A stretch of DNA of 64,000 bases from the human T2T-CHM13v2.0 reference genome, Homo sapiens (GCF_009914755.1 NC_060930.1); one strand, 5' to 3'; positions 48,271-63,620 are shown, numbered from the stretch's first letter. Translations and numbers: made by a program. The notes: generated from the sequence alone by a model not told the origin.

Positions 48271-49884
48271 CTAAAAACCAATCCATTTGGGAGCCAGCTG
48301 ACATATTCATGCACATTCTCCACTCTACCACTGCCCCCACTTTCACCATAGTCCTTGTCCTACTTTACAAAAGAAAGGAATGTCTCTCCCCTACACTGAA
48401 TCTTGATGCATGGTCCAGGGTGTAAAAACCTGAGGAGCTTGGAGGGAGCAATTATTTTCCACTTCATATCAAAATATTCCCATTGCAATCAGTCTTCCTA
48501 TTTTATCTTATATAAAATGTTTATTATTTTCTACCTCCTAGTAAAAAGTGAAATTGCTAGCTGCTCAATTCATTATTTCTTAGCAAATACAGCTTTCCTT
48601 TCTAAAAAATACAGAAGAAAAAAATTTGTGTAACAAGATTATTAGTTATTTCTGATTTTTAGACATGATTCTCATTTAATTGTTCCCAAAAGCTGAACAA
48701 CAAGAGTTTGATGAAAGCAGGCACACACATTTACCAAGGGAATATATGCCTTCTATATGACTTCTCAAAACTGATGGATTTAACTATACATTATACAGCA
48801 TTATTCCTAATTATATAATGAAAAACAGTACTATCTTATTTTTACCATTTATTATGTTAATAGTAGGTCTAAATAATTTTAATCTTGACTGGTTTATCAG
48901 TGGTCCATTTTATAAGCTATAGTTAATCATTTATTTCCTAATAATTTTTATAATATTCCTCAAAATGAATGTTAACATATTTATTTGAATGGAAGAATAA
49001 AGTCAGACATGTTTCTAACAGAAAGTAGGTCTGATTTGGCTGATTGGTTTGAAATGAAAACTGGCTTTGCCAATTCCACAAATGGCAGTTGTTTTCTATA
49101 CAGTGAATGAGCTGAATCTGCATTTCAGTTTAACAAAAAGTTCTTGAAGACATGTAATAATTAAAGAATTTTACCAAAAAATATTGTGTAGGCAAAGAAG
49201 TATGGAAATCAATATCTGATTAACAAAGTGTCTCTGAGTGTAAAGGTCACAGATAATTAATAATCATGTTTAATAAAACCAAAACTGAGACTCTAATAAC
49301 TAAATCCTTTTGGAAGTTCAGTGGTTTCTAATCCTTTGCTTTTAACAAAATTAAAAGAAGACTCTATTTGATAGTATTAATAGATCACTCTGTGATTGTT
49401 GGCATATAATTTAGAAGTTCAAAGACTCAAAGAATATCATTGTAACAAATCTCTTCCTTTCCCAATTGTGGAAACAAGGTTTCTCAATACTCATGTCTAT
49501 AAAAATAAAAAACAGGTAAAGGATTGATGTTGCACCTTATCTCCTTCTACCATTAGGTAATATTAATCCATGAATACCTGAACTAATTGGGGAGAAACAC
49601 CATATTTCTCATTAACAGATGCATTTTCAATAAAAATTGTACTTTTTAGGTTTCACAAGTCATAAAAATGTTAAAAATATTTAGGAAAATTTAGTATTTA
49701 GTAATATTTAGTAAAAAAAAAAAGTTTAGTAAGTTATATACTAATGATTACAGGAAGTGAATGGAATTCAAAGTATAAGGAGAAAGAGAACCATATAAAA
49801 TTTCTGTTGAAGAGCTTGTTCATATATTTTTAAGTGGATGATGGTAGGCATTAGATTTTTAGGGTACTTGGAATCCACCGGATA

Positions 49885-50188
<304 letters not shown>

Positions 50189-50201
50189 TAAGAATGATGT
50201 A

Positions 50202-50484
50202 GACCAAGTGTGGTGGCTCATGCCTGTAATCTCAGCACTTTGGGAGGCCAAGGCGGGCGGATCACGAGGTCAGGAGATCGAGACCATCCTGGCTAACACC
50301 ATGAAACCCCGTTTCTACTAAAAATTAGCCAGGCATGGTGGCGCATACCTGTAGTCCCAGCTACTCGGGAGGCTGAGGCAGGAGAATTGCTTGAACCTGG
50401 AAGGGGAAGTTGCAGTGAGCTGAGATTTCGCCACTGCAGCACTCCAGCCTGGTTGACAGAGCGAGACTCCGTCTCAGAAAAAAA
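50202..50484 (+). mobile_element. Alu (Sc-like)
   Basis: TSD AAGAATGATGTA; shortened middle A-rich linker. Confidence 0.93.
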
Positions 50485-51002
50485 GAATGATGTAAGTCTT
50501 AGTTTAAGATGTCAAAATTTGAAATTGTATCCTCTATAAGTATTTAAATTAATGAAGGAAAATTTAGGTATCAACTTAAAAATGAACAAGAGGTACATAG
50601 CTCTTCAAAATTCTTTTATGGGTTCATTCTAAAAAATGTCTGAAGATCACCAGCCTATATGTTGAGTGGAAGGGATAGGAGAGAAACTGCTAGCAATGGT
50701 CTTCAATACTGCCCTCCAAAATATCCTCACCAATTCTCCTGAGAACCTGAAATTACCTTCCATTAGGATCATTACTTCAGATTCAGACACTGTTTCCCAG
50801 AGCTCTTGTTAAATGTATAATTGCAGAGGTGACTGGCCATCAGATTACGATCCGTAAGGAATGTGAGAAAAGACAGATATATATATACAGAGAGAGCTAT
50901 GGAAAAAGGGTGGTTGGAGAGGGACAAACTCAGGTACAGCCTGAGTTCTATTCCCTGCGGTATTTCTAACCCTCAATTCATATTATAAGAGGAGCTACTT
51001 AA

Positions 51003-51342
<340 letters not shown>

Positions 51343-52009
51343 TATAAGTTATTTTCTATGGGAAATAACTTGTCAAACTTCCACCAAAAAGGAATGGAAA
51401 GAGGGCAGCATAGTGGCCAGGCAGTTTATTTCCATACTAGGAGATACAGAAGGGATTAATTCTAACCGTAGGAATTCTAACCATCAAATGTCACTCACTG
51501 GCCTACCTAAACTGAACTCTGGTCCCAGCCAGAACAAGTCAGGAAGAGGGGATGTCTAAGACCGAAAGGGGGGCTTTCTAGTTAAGCTCTTCAGGCAGGA
51601 GAGGAAAAGGATGCCCGCATCCCCAAAGACACCTTTAGCTACCACAAGCCCCAAACCCCGTACTTTGTAACTGTGTCTAGTTTACGTCCTTTAAAAATTA
51701 TTCTTATTAAGTTAAATTGTTTTCGGGGCGGGGAAGATACAAAAGAAACCAGTTAAAGTCTGAAAGGATAGAGAGGGGAAAGTTTCTCACCTCATTCTTC
51801 CAGCCACCCAGTTCCTCTCCTAAAAGGCAATCTTTACCAGTTCCTTCTCTAACGCCCCTCCTTTTTAATTTGATTTTTTACCGAAAGCTCGCTCCCTTTT
51901 AATTTTCCCTCAGGTTTCTGAAAATTTCCCAATCGCAGCCCCTCCCAGCAGGGAAATAGTAAAGGGGCTTGGTTTTTATGTTCAACCCAAAGCAAGCCTA
52001 CAAAAGGGA

Positions 52010-53160
52010 GTAGTCGGTTTCGAGCCTGACGGTGGAGCTGACGCGGGAATGAGAGAGAACCTGAGAAGACCGCCAGGGCGCCCTCCCTGCGGAGGCGAGT
52101 CCCTCACCGCCCCTCTACATCGTCCTTTTCAATAAGGAGCTCTTAATACCTGCAACTGCTTCCTTCAAGGGGTGGCTGGAAGATCAGTAGGCAAGGCCTG
52201 CGGACTGCGCACCTTAAAGCGCTTCGGGACCGTAAGACAGTGAGTGCTGAGCGCGCGGCCGGGAAGAAGCCTGGAGGCTCTGAGCTCGGAGGACAGAGAC
52301 CGAAGCCCCAGGGCCTGCGTCCCTCACAACCTGCGCCTCCTGTCCTCCCGCGCTACTCCCGAAGCGCACCTTCTCGCCCGCAGGCCGCAGAAGTGATGAC
52401 GCAAAGCCCTCGGGGCCTCCGCCACCTCCTCACGCTTCTGCTGGACCGAATCCTTGGAATGGACAGGTAGCGGTTCCCGATTGCTATAGCGACGACCCGG
52501 CTCCGAGCCGCGCCCAGGCCCTGACCCGGGCGTCGTGACGTCAGCACGCCTTCCCTGGGCGCTCAGCCTCGCTGGCCATGCGTCACCCCGGCCTTGGTGG
52601 GGGCGGGGCTCCGAAGAGCTCGGTTCAGATCCCGGCCGCCTGGGCTCCAGGAGCCCCGGAACCAGGATAAGTTGGATGGCTGCCGCGGCGAAGCGGGGGG
52701 CGGGGTGGACCGTGCCCGGTATTTTCTATACGGGTTCCGGGGCCCGGTAGAGGCGCGCCAAGAGGAAAGGAAAGTGCGGCGGCCCTGGAACCTGGATATC
52801 GCGCGAGGCAAGCTGCGCGCGGGCGGGCGGGCTATGGCGCAGGCGGGTTGTGGGGCCGGCGCTGGTGGCGGGGCCCGGTGCATGGCGGTCTGTCGGCGGA
52901 GTCGCCCTCGGGGGCTGTCAGGTTGGTGGCTGCGGGAGGAGTGGGCCAACCATGCCCAGGGCGGGAGGCCGGGCGGGCGCAGGACCCCGGGAAGGTCCCG
53001 AGCCCGGCGTGCCCACCTCCCTCCGGCCCTAGCAGGGCGGCCTGGCCGCTGGACCGCGGCCGGGCCCCCTCCCCCACCCAGGGTCCCTGCCCCTCTTTTC
53101 CGCCTTGCGGCTCCTCCCCCGTGACTCCCAAACCTCACCCCGTGACGGCGCCCGCCTCCA
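52010..53160. promoter_or_regulatory. CpG island promoter of the next gene (probably ZNF76)
   Basis: CpG-dense; full CRE TGACGTCA 52536-52543; GC boxes near 52600 and 52697. Confidence 0.9.
52740..52921 (+). other. ZNF76: Probable first (5'UTR) exon of ZNF76; start approximate; intron 1 runs past the window end
   Basis: Donor-like CAG|GTTGGT at 52921/52922 in the CpG island. Gene identity comes from recalled gene order downstream of SCUBE3, not from coding sequence. Confidence 0.55.
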
Positions 53161-54064
53161 CCCTTGTGACCCCACACCCCACCCACTGACCCCAAGACCT
53201 CACCAGGTAACCGTTGGTTATTATTCATTGGCTGCTAACCCAGGAATTTCCCCAGCACTTCTCAGAGACCCACCAACCAGTGACTCCCTCAGTTTTAATC
53301 CGGTGACTCACATGACCCTGAGATCCCCACACTCCTCCTTAGTGACCCCCAAACCTGGGTAACCCTCCTGGCCCAGTAACCCCCCCGATTCTACCTTGTG
53401 TTCCCCACAAACTCGGTGACTCCCCTCAAAACTCTGCTGGCGACTCCTAAGCCCTACTCCAATAGTTTTCCACGCACTCACCTTGTACACAACCCTCAGT
53501 ATCTTTATCCTGTAGCCGTATGACCCTCGTTCCACGTCTGCCTTTATCCTAAAATCACCCCCACTGGCATCTCTCTCTGCGATCCCAGCCCTTCAGTGTC
53601 AATCAGCACATGACTTACAAGCGTCCAGCACCTTTCTGGTGCTAAGGAGGATATAGAGATTAATATGAAGTAGTAATAATTGGAGGCATCAGAGAATTCT
53701 GGATCAATCCAGAATCCAGTCAATCCAGTGTGTGGTCCCAGCTCTGTCACTGCTGTGCTTTAGGGACCTGTGAGAAGTCCCCTCCTCAGTCTGGACCTCA
53801 GTTTCTCATCATGACTGTGATGAGGTTGGGTTAGATGATCTTTGAGTTTCCTTCCGTCTGTGAAATTGTGAAATTATGCAGTTCTCAGTCAAGATAATAA
53901 TTTTTTGCAATCATTTTTGTACCCCACCCTGGAAATTTCCTCTTGTAACCTCATCCCAGGATCTGCTTGCATCATGAACCTTACTCCCTCATTCCCGGAT
54001 CACCCTCTTCACTCTTCATAGTGCATACCCATTTCCCTTGATCAGGCCCCATCAGTTAACATGT

Positions 54065-54295
54065 TTGCAAAGCAGTATAGCAGAGTGCTTCATTTGGGGG
54101 CATTGAGTTCATAACAAACCTAGGTTCCAGACTGATTCTGGCCCTTCAGCTATGGGACTTTTGGTATATTATTTAGCCTGTCTTAACTTCAGTCTCCACC
54201 TCTGCGAAGGGAGAAAATAGTAGTGCCTGACATAACATATGTAAAGCACCGGGCACCATGCCTGGCTCATGGGAACCCTTAGCATAAGCTGTTGT
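54065..54295 (+). mobile_element. MIR
   Basis: agcagtatagcagagtg...acctaggttcca...cagtctccacctctg. Confidence 0.6.
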
Positions 54296-54805
54296 TAGAA
54301 ATGAGAAGCTGCTATGGATCTTACTCTGTCCTGAGTGCTAGGGATTTAACAGACTGAACATGTGGCCCATACCTTGCATTATGTTGCTACTACTGACATC
54401 TTGGAATCCCTATCTTCTCATCTCTGCTGTAGCCTCACTTCTCTGGTTCTTACCCTGATTTTGCCTCAATAACGATTGGCTTGCTGAATACCTACTGTGT
54501 GCCAAGCTCTGGATATATAAGTTAAATTTACGTCTCAACAGCCCCAAGAGTTAATTATTATTATATCCACCATTTTCCCTTCCCATATTTTTGTTTGGTT
54601 GGTTGGTTGGTTTCAGAGAAATGAACCAGAAACTCTCACAGCTAAGTAGCAGAGCTAAGATTTGAACCCACAGTTTAAAAAAACAAAACAAAACCCTACT
54701 CCATTGCCTGTCTTTCCCCCAGACTTACTCAACCTCAGCTCCTTATTCCTTATTTTCTAGTAATTCCTAAATACAACATCAGCTCGTTCCTTGATCCCTA
54801 AGGTT

Positions 54806-54895
54806 TCTGTTCTTGAGCTCCTAGCCTCAAGAGATCCTCCCACCTTAGCCTCTCAAGTAGTTGAGATTATAGGCGTGAGCCACCAAGACTGGCCC
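54806..54895 (-). mobile_element. Alu left-monomer fragment
   Basis: cctcaagagatcctcccaccttagcctc...ggcgtgagccacc. Confidence 0.8.
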
Positions 54896-54997
54896 TGACC
54901 CCCAAGGTTTCTATTACCGTTTGCCATGTAACTTGGTGACTTTCTCATCCTGCTGTTCATGACTTTTGATCTCATATCCCCTGAAGCCCCTGCACCT

Positions 54998-55500
54998 TGT
55001 AGGGGAGGGAAAATATCTTCTTAGGTTCATGGCTTAGGCCCCTATAACAACAGATTTAATAAGAGAAGATTATATACATTTATTTAATGTAAGTTTTATG
55101 TGACAGGAGCCTTCATAAGGAAATGAAGACCTAAAGAAATGATTAAACTTGTATATTTTTATACTAGATCTGATGAAGAGTGGATAGTTGTGGAAAAATA
55201 CAAAAAGGGTAATATCAAATAGTAATAAACTGGGAGAAACTTAGCAAGGCCTGTTTGTTCAGACTCTTCTCTGTGTCCCTGTGTCTTCACAGATAAGGGT
55301 GCTTCTTTCCTCTGAGTATAGGGAGGGCACCTCTTTATGAGGAGGGTATTATGACCTGCTTCAGGGGAAAGTCAGAAAAATCCTTCCTAGGTTTTGTGAT
55401 CTGCTTCAGGGGAGAAGAGCCTCAGAGAAAGTGAGAGTGACCTTCCTACTGCCATTTTCTCAAGTTGCCATATTTTGGAGTAGTGTCTTGAACCCAGTCA
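54998..55500 (-). mobile_element. Solo LTR (MER34/MER39-like, ERV1 class)
   Basis: TG...CA ends; minus-strand start gggttcaagacactactccaaaatatggca; near 4-bp TSD acct/actt. Confidence 0.65.
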
Positions 55501-56825
55501 ACTTCTCTCTTCATCCTTTGCCCAAATATCTCTTGTTCTATGAATCTTTGACGCTTCCAGCCCTTTCCCTGTGAACTCACTCACCATACAGTGTCTCCCA
55601 CCTCACTGGCACTTTACCCCAAATCCTTTCATCTTGTTAAGTCCCTTAGCCCCAGGAATCCACAAGTCTGTATGCTCTAAAACCATCTAGCCCAGTTGCC
55701 TTTCATCCTATTTTTTAGTCTCAGTGTTCTACTCCCACCACCCCACCTTCTGCCATCCTCAGCCACATTCTGTGACCTGAAACCTTCATATAATTTGTCC
55801 TTCATTTAGTGACCTCTTGATGTGACTAGCTTCAATGGAATCGGCTCCTTCCATCCCAGCATGAAGCAATCCTGTATAACTTGCACACCCTCCCATTCTA
55901 AGGCCTCTCCTCTCATACCCTTGCCCAGTATCCTGTGAGATCCTGCCTCTCAGATTCCTCCCTCACCTTTTCAAACCCGGATTGTCTTTCACCCTTCCAC
56001 AGGGCCTCCTCTTCCTGCCTTCCTCTTATTTGTCCCCTCAGCCATCCTCACCTCACCAATCTTGATAATTGATTACAATATAAATCTCCCTTCCATCTCA
56101 GGTCTGCTCCTTTCTTCCTCCACTCTCTTGTGCATCTATCTCCAGGGCCATGCGTATGCCCCTGCTGCTTTCAGCTCTGCTTCCTTCATATGCTGCACTG
56201 TTCCACCAAACTTCATCAGTCTCTTCGGTTTATCCAGAGAACTACACTCTTCTCTGGGAACTTCTGATGACTTCTGATAATAGATCACCAAAGGATCTTG
56301 GTTTTTTAGAGGGCAGGGAGAGAGCCCTTTGAAGTCCTTCAGAATCAATCTAGCTGTGTCTCCTGGACACCCTCCCACTATCCTATCCTGTTATGAAGCT
56401 GCTTGCTGTATATGCCCTCAGAGTAGAATGCTTTGGGTGTCAGCTTCTGCAGGCACTGAATTAGCCCCATTGTTTTCCAAGCCCTGGGAAAACTTGATAA
56501 TCCCCAACCACTGAAGTCTGAAGAGTCAGTAGCAAAATGTGACATCAAAGATCCACATCCAAAAGTCTATTCTGTGGGTCACCAAATTCCCAGGTCTCTT
56601 ATAATGTACTTATTGGCTGTGCAGCAATAAATACAGCAGAAACTAAAACTAGAGTTGAGGAAAGGGTATACCCTGGGTTCTACAACTGCTGTGGGTGGAT
56701 TTTAAAAAGGAGTTCTTGCCTTAGATTTGTTTACTTAGGGCACAGAACTTATTCTGCCTTGTATTTGAGTTATTTGTGTACTTTTCTCAACCCCACTCTG
56801 TGAGCTCTGTGAGAACAGAGACTAG

Positions 56826-57129
<304 letters not shown>

Positions 57130-58304
57130 TGGTTTTCTTTATCTTCTGTCTTCATCTCTTCCCTCACATTTAGCAGGTAGTCAGTACTTACCTGTTGGAT
57201 TAAATTAACTCACTCAGAAATTCTGCATCAGGTGTACAAAAGTAAAAGCAGTTCATGTCTACATTCATTTTGTGGACACAACACCCCTCCCCAAAGTTCT
57301 CCAAACATGATAATGGGCATGTCCCTTGATTTAAACGTCGGTAATTTAGACACTTCCTTTTTTAGTCATTGCTCGGGTGGGGGAATGGGTGTAAGTGCTT
57401 TTCTTTTTCTACTGTATTTCTGGTAAGATAGGTTGTTTGACGCAGTTGCTCAAATACAGTGGTAACAGCATCAGGGGCTGTCTTATATAAATCTGTTCTC
57501 AAGAAAACAGCTAGTTTGAAATATTTAGTGTGGGTTGCAGAGACGATTAAGGAACAGAGGAAACCAAGGAGGCAAAATGTTGGTAATTTTTGAAGTTGGA
57601 TAATGGGTTCAAGAGGTTCATTATACCATTCTTTCCATTTTTGTGTATGTTGGAAATCCATTATAAAAAGATTAAAGGCAGGGGCAGCTAGGTGAACAAG
57701 TGCAAATTTAGCACTGTTCCTTGGAAAACACCTCAGAGCAAATGAGCTACTGTTTCTGAATCAGTACTGTTATCTAGGTTAAGTAGTATATTTAGTCCTA
57801 ACCTTTCTCTGACCTCTTCTGTTTGTGAGATATCAGGATGCTAAATTTAAAAATTAGCACCCTGCAGAATTCTGTACCTAGTGGCCTGGGAATTGTAACA
57901 TCCTGGCATCAAGCACCTGTTGCACTGCTTCTCAGCTTAGGTATGGTTTCTGGTGGAATAGGGCTGGACTGGACCTGAGAAGAGGGTGAGGCAGTAAGGA
58001 GGAAAGAGGGACTGAGGGCTGGAGAGAGACCAGAGCTCTACTAGGGTCTTCCCCTTCTTGCCTAAAGGTTTCAAGTTACTGGGAGATCCTAAAGGTATAT
58101 ATATTCATTCATTCACTGATTCATTCATCCCACAAATATTTGGTGAATATCTGCTGTGTGCCAGGTACTTTTCTAGGTACTGGGAATAGAGCAGTGAGCT
58201 CACTGTTTGAGGAATGGACAGGGTAGAGACAGACAATAAACAAATAAGTAAAATATATATTGAGAAAATTAAGCAGAGAAGGGAGATAGAAAGTGCCAGG
58301 AGTA

Positions 58305-58620
58305 GGCCAGGTGCAGTGGCACACACCTGTAATCCCAGCACTTTGGGAGGCTGGGTTGGGTAGATAACATGAGGCCAGGAGTTTGAGACCAGCCTGGCCA
58401 ACATGGCGAAACCCCAGCTCTACTAAAAATACAAAAATTAGCCAGGCGTGGTGGCAGGCACCTGTAATCCCAGCTACTCGGGAGGCTGAGGCACGAGAAT
58501 CACTTCAACCCAGGAGGCAGAGGTTGCAGTGAGCTGAGATCACGCTGCTGCACTCCAGCCTGGGCGACAGAGCGAGACTCTGTCTCAAAAAAAAAAAAAA
58601 AAGAAGAAGAAGAAGAAGAA
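58305..58620 (+). mobile_element. Alu with A and (AAG)n tail
   Basis: TSD-like GAAARTGCCAGGA. Confidence 0.94.
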
Positions 58621-59239
58621 AATGCCAGGATTCTGGGTGTTAAAATTTTAAATAGGGTAGTTGAAGAGGTTCCCACTAAAAAGGTAACATTTGAGCAAAG
58701 ACCTGAAGGAAGTTAGGGGGTAAGTCAAGCATACATCTAGGGGAAATTTATTCCAGTCAGGAAGAACAGCAAACACAAAGGCCCTGAGGCAGGAATGTGC
58801 CCTATATATTCAAGAAACATGAGGAAGCCAGCCAATACGGCTGCAGTATATTAGTGAGAGAAGAAATGGCAGATGTTGCGGTGGGGGTGAATTGGGGGCA
58901 GATCACACAGGCCACTGGCTTGTAGTGTGAGTTGTGAGTGAGATGGTAGCCATTAGAGAATTCTAGGCAGATAAATAACATGGCCTGACATATTGAAAAG
59001 GTCATTGTGGCTGCTGTGTTGAGAATAAGCTATAACGGGGCAAAAATGGAAGGAGAGAAACTGGTTAGGAGGCTACTACAATAGTCTAAACAAGAGAAGT
59101 TGGTGGCTTGAACCCAAGGTGAAGCAATGGAAAGGTGAGAAGTGGTTGGCTTCTGGATGTATTTGGAAAGGAGCCAACAGGATTTGCTGATGGACTGGAT
59201 GTGATATATAAAAGAAATAGCAGTTGAGGGTGGCTACAA

Positions 59240-59483
59240 TTTTTTTTTTTTTCAAGACATCTCGCTCTGTCGCCCACGGTGGAGTGCAGTGGCGTGATCT
59301 CAGCTCACTGCAACCTCCGCCTCCTGGGTTCAAGTGATTCTTCTGCCTCAGCCTCCTGAGTAGCTGGGACTACAGGTGCATGCCAGCGCACCCGGCTAAT
59401 TTTTGTATTTTTAGTAGAGATGGGGTTTCACCATATTTGCCAGGCTGGTCTCAAACTCCTGAACTCGTGATCTGCCTGGCTCC
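59240..59483 (-). mobile_element. Alu, 5'-truncated
   Basis: Antisense; left arm incomplete. Confidence 0.9.
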
Positions 59484-59848
59484 CACATTTTTGGCCTAAG
59501 TAACAAAATGGTAAAATTCCCATCTACTGAAATTGGGGAGCCTGGAAGGAGGGCAGGTTGTTAGAAGGAGGAGATAAGGAATTCACTCTTGAACATGTCA
59601 AGTTCGAAGTGTTTTTTGGATATCAAAGTCGAGATGTTGAGTAAGCAGCTGGATATTCAAGTCTTTTGGAGCCTAGGAAATGTCTACTCTCAGGAAATAA
59701 AAGAACACCATCACCTGGCAAGAGACAGCGGAGTATGGGAAGAACACTGGTGGTCAGGTGTTAGGCCCTGCTCTGCCACCAGGTAGCTATGTGATCCTTT
59801 GGGACTCCTCTGGCAACGCAGGCCTCTGTCTCTTCATCTGCAAAATGA

Positions 59849-60177
<329 letters not shown>

Positions 60178-60180
60178 CCC

Positions 60181-60476
60181 TTATCTGTTTCTTTGACAAG
60201 GTCTTGTTCTGTCACCCAGGCTGGAGTGCAGTGGCGCAATCATGGAGGCTCACTGCAGCAGTGACCTCTCCAGCTCAATCAGTCCTCCCATGTCAGCCTC
60301 CTGAGTAGCTGGGACTACAGAGATGGGCACCACCACGCCTAGCTAATTTTTGTATTTTTGGTAGAGAGGGTTTCACCATGCTGCCCAGGCTGGTCCTGAA
60401 CTCCTGGGCTCAAGCCTCCACCTGCCTCGGTCTCCCAAGGTGCTGGGATTACAGGCATGAGTCACCACACCCAGCC
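60181..60476 (-). mobile_element. Alu (J-like)
   Basis: Antisense, diverged dimer. Confidence 0.9.
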
Positions 60477-61601
60477 AAAATGACCACTTTAGACTAGGAA
60501 TGAGTTGTGTTCTCAGCCCCTCCTATTGTGGGAGTTGATGAATTAAGTGCTTAGAATAAACATGATAATATATGTGTATCTGAGAGCATTTTGGAAACTG
60601 CTGAGTTCTACACCAGGTAGTGGTATTGGCAATAAGATTTCTTCCTTCATTCGCTGAAGTAATACCCAGTGAGTGCCTGCCATGTGGTGGGCACTATGTC
60701 ACATGAGGATACGATGATGGAGAAGACGAATCTGTGCCCTCAGGGAGCACCGCAGACAACCCCCTGTTGTGGCTTCACTGCCAAGTGCAGACGAAACATG
60801 GGGCTGGAGTGTGACATTAGCCAGGGAAAGCTTGTTCCTGATCTGGGTCTCCGTGGAAACAGTGAACGTGCATGTCAAAGATGAGGCAAGATGGTAATCC
60901 CGATGAGGGAAAAGTCATCCACTTAGCTGGACTAGGGAAGAGTTGGGAGTGGTTGGGAAGGGTTGGAGTGGTGGGGGCTTCAGTTCCTTCCCTCCTCCAT
61001 TCTTTCGTTCAACATTTACTTCCTTGCCAGGAGCTTCTCTTAGAAGCTCACAGTTCTGTGGTAGATGAAGAGTTTCATATCTGGTCTCAGGAGTTCAACT
61101 TAGATATTACAATAAGCAGAACTGAATCAGGATTCAAATCTGAGCTAAAGAGCTCAGTTAGCTATGTAACCTAGTAGTATTAATCATTTGGTATCTGTGG
61201 GCACATTCTTTGTTAGGTGCTAATTAGGCTGAAAGGCATGCTCTCCAGGAACTTAAATTATAATCACTGTAACAGAAAGTAAGAATGTTATTTTCCCCTA
61301 AAAGAGTCAGGTGTTAAGGAAAACACACTCCGTGGCAGTGTAACCCTTTAACTGCATCTGGAAACTGTCCCTGTGGCTGTGTTTATTCTTGTGTCATTTA
61401 GATGTCTACGTTTATATCGTGAGGAGAGTCTCTTTGACCAGATAAGAGTATAAGATATAGCTCATCCTAATTGACAAAATTAGTCACCCACAAAATTAGT
61501 TTAGAGGAGACATAGTCAACATCTACCACGTAATGGAATGGGGAAATTTTGTCCTGGAGAGTGAAAAAAGAAAAAACAAACAAACAAAAAAAACGAAACC
61601 T

Positions 61602-61878
61602 GGCCGGGTGTAGTGGCTCACACCTGTAATCCGCACTTTGGGAGGCTGAGATGGGCAGATCACGAAGTCAGGAATTCAAGACCAGCCTGGCCAACATGGT
61701 GAAACCCCATCTCTACTAAAAATACAAAAATTAGCTGGGCATGGTGGCGTGCAGGAGAATTGCTTGAACCAGGACCCAGGAGGCGGAGGTTGCAGTGAGC
61801 CAAGATCGCACCATTGCTCTCCAGCCTGGGCTATAGAACAAGACTTCATCTCAAAAAGAGAGAAAAAAAAAAAAAAAA
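61602..61878 (+). mobile_element. Alu with an internal deletion in the right arm
   Basis: gtggcgt is joined directly to gcaggagaat. Confidence 0.9.
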
Positions 61879-62078
61879 CCACCTGCAATACAAATCCAAG
61901 TGCAGCTGAAGCCATTGTCTTTAACAGATGGCCCTAACCTGTTTTGAGTGCTGTTTCCTAAAGCTGCCAACAAACTTCAAATGCCTTTTACCCTGGCAGC
62001 TATCAGTCAAGATATAGAAATGTGATGGTCTCACAAATCCTATGCAATTGTCTCTTTTGCTGGCAAAAGTATGAGGCC

Positions 62079-62417
<339 letters not shown>

Positions 62418-63196
62418 TCAGAATCAGAAGGATTTGTGATGTTGGACAGGTCATTCGGGGTCTCAGGCTCATTATACTGTCATTACCTGGAAGCCAGAGT
62501 GCCTCTTTTCTAGTGCCTCTATTTGACATTCCCTTAGAGCTGGCCCTCTGGTGAATAGTTCATCCCTAAGAAGGCCAGATACAACTTGTTACCCTGGTAC
62601 TATCTCACTTCATCACTTCATTTGTTGGGAGTTCCTGCTACTTTTGGATGGTTGATAAAGCATGAGACCCATACAGTTAAGATAAGAACCAAGGAACTGG
62701 GAGCTCTTTGAGGTTGTAGAACTGACTTGAGGCTTTGATGTTGGGGATTTGGCAGGGGTGCCTAAGACCAGAGTTCTTTCTCTGAGATCATCTTCTCAAC
62801 CCAGGAAATACTGTCCTGTGGCCACATGGAGCAATGAAGGGGAAAGGTAGACCCTGCTTAGGCCACCACTTCGTCCAGACCCACCCTTGTGACCAGGCTG
62901 GGGACACACATGTTGAAGCCACCATGTCCTCAGGTCCTGTATAGACTTGCTGTTGCCTCATGCTCAGCTGATCAGCTTTCCATATGATGTTATAGAATGG
63001 CCTCCATGAATCACGAAGCTCAGTTTTCGGATGTGCTTTTGCTGTAGATCAGTAACATGGAATCCATCATATCAACACTGGACTCTCCATTCCTCATGTA
63101 TGGAGAATCATAGATATTCCTGTAACCAACAAAGGGAGTACAAAGCATGCATTTAGACTTTCTATTTTTAATTTTTTATTTATGTTGCGTAGGTAA

Positions 63197-63512
<316 letters not shown>

Positions 63513-63620
63513 ATTTGTTTTTCGTGGAGTATAAAAGATATTCCCTGAAAAGTCGCCCTTCCATCGTCATCACCACTCAGTCATCCTTCCACAGGCAACC
63601 CTGGTTAGTAATTTTAATAA

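Larger units (their letters stand above)
58103..59665 (-). mobile_element. L2 element with two Alu insertions
   Basis: (cattc)n tail, aaatatttggtgaat...tgtgccagg, long L2-like body. Confidence 0.8.

Noticed and set aside
52352-52370. ZNF143/ZNF76 (SBS)-like site suggesting autoregulation
   Set aside because: Only a loose match to TTCCCANAATGCA.
52240-53228. Long ORFs on both strands in the second CpG island
   Set aside because: GC-rich artefacts with no recognisable domain and no zinc-finger sequence.
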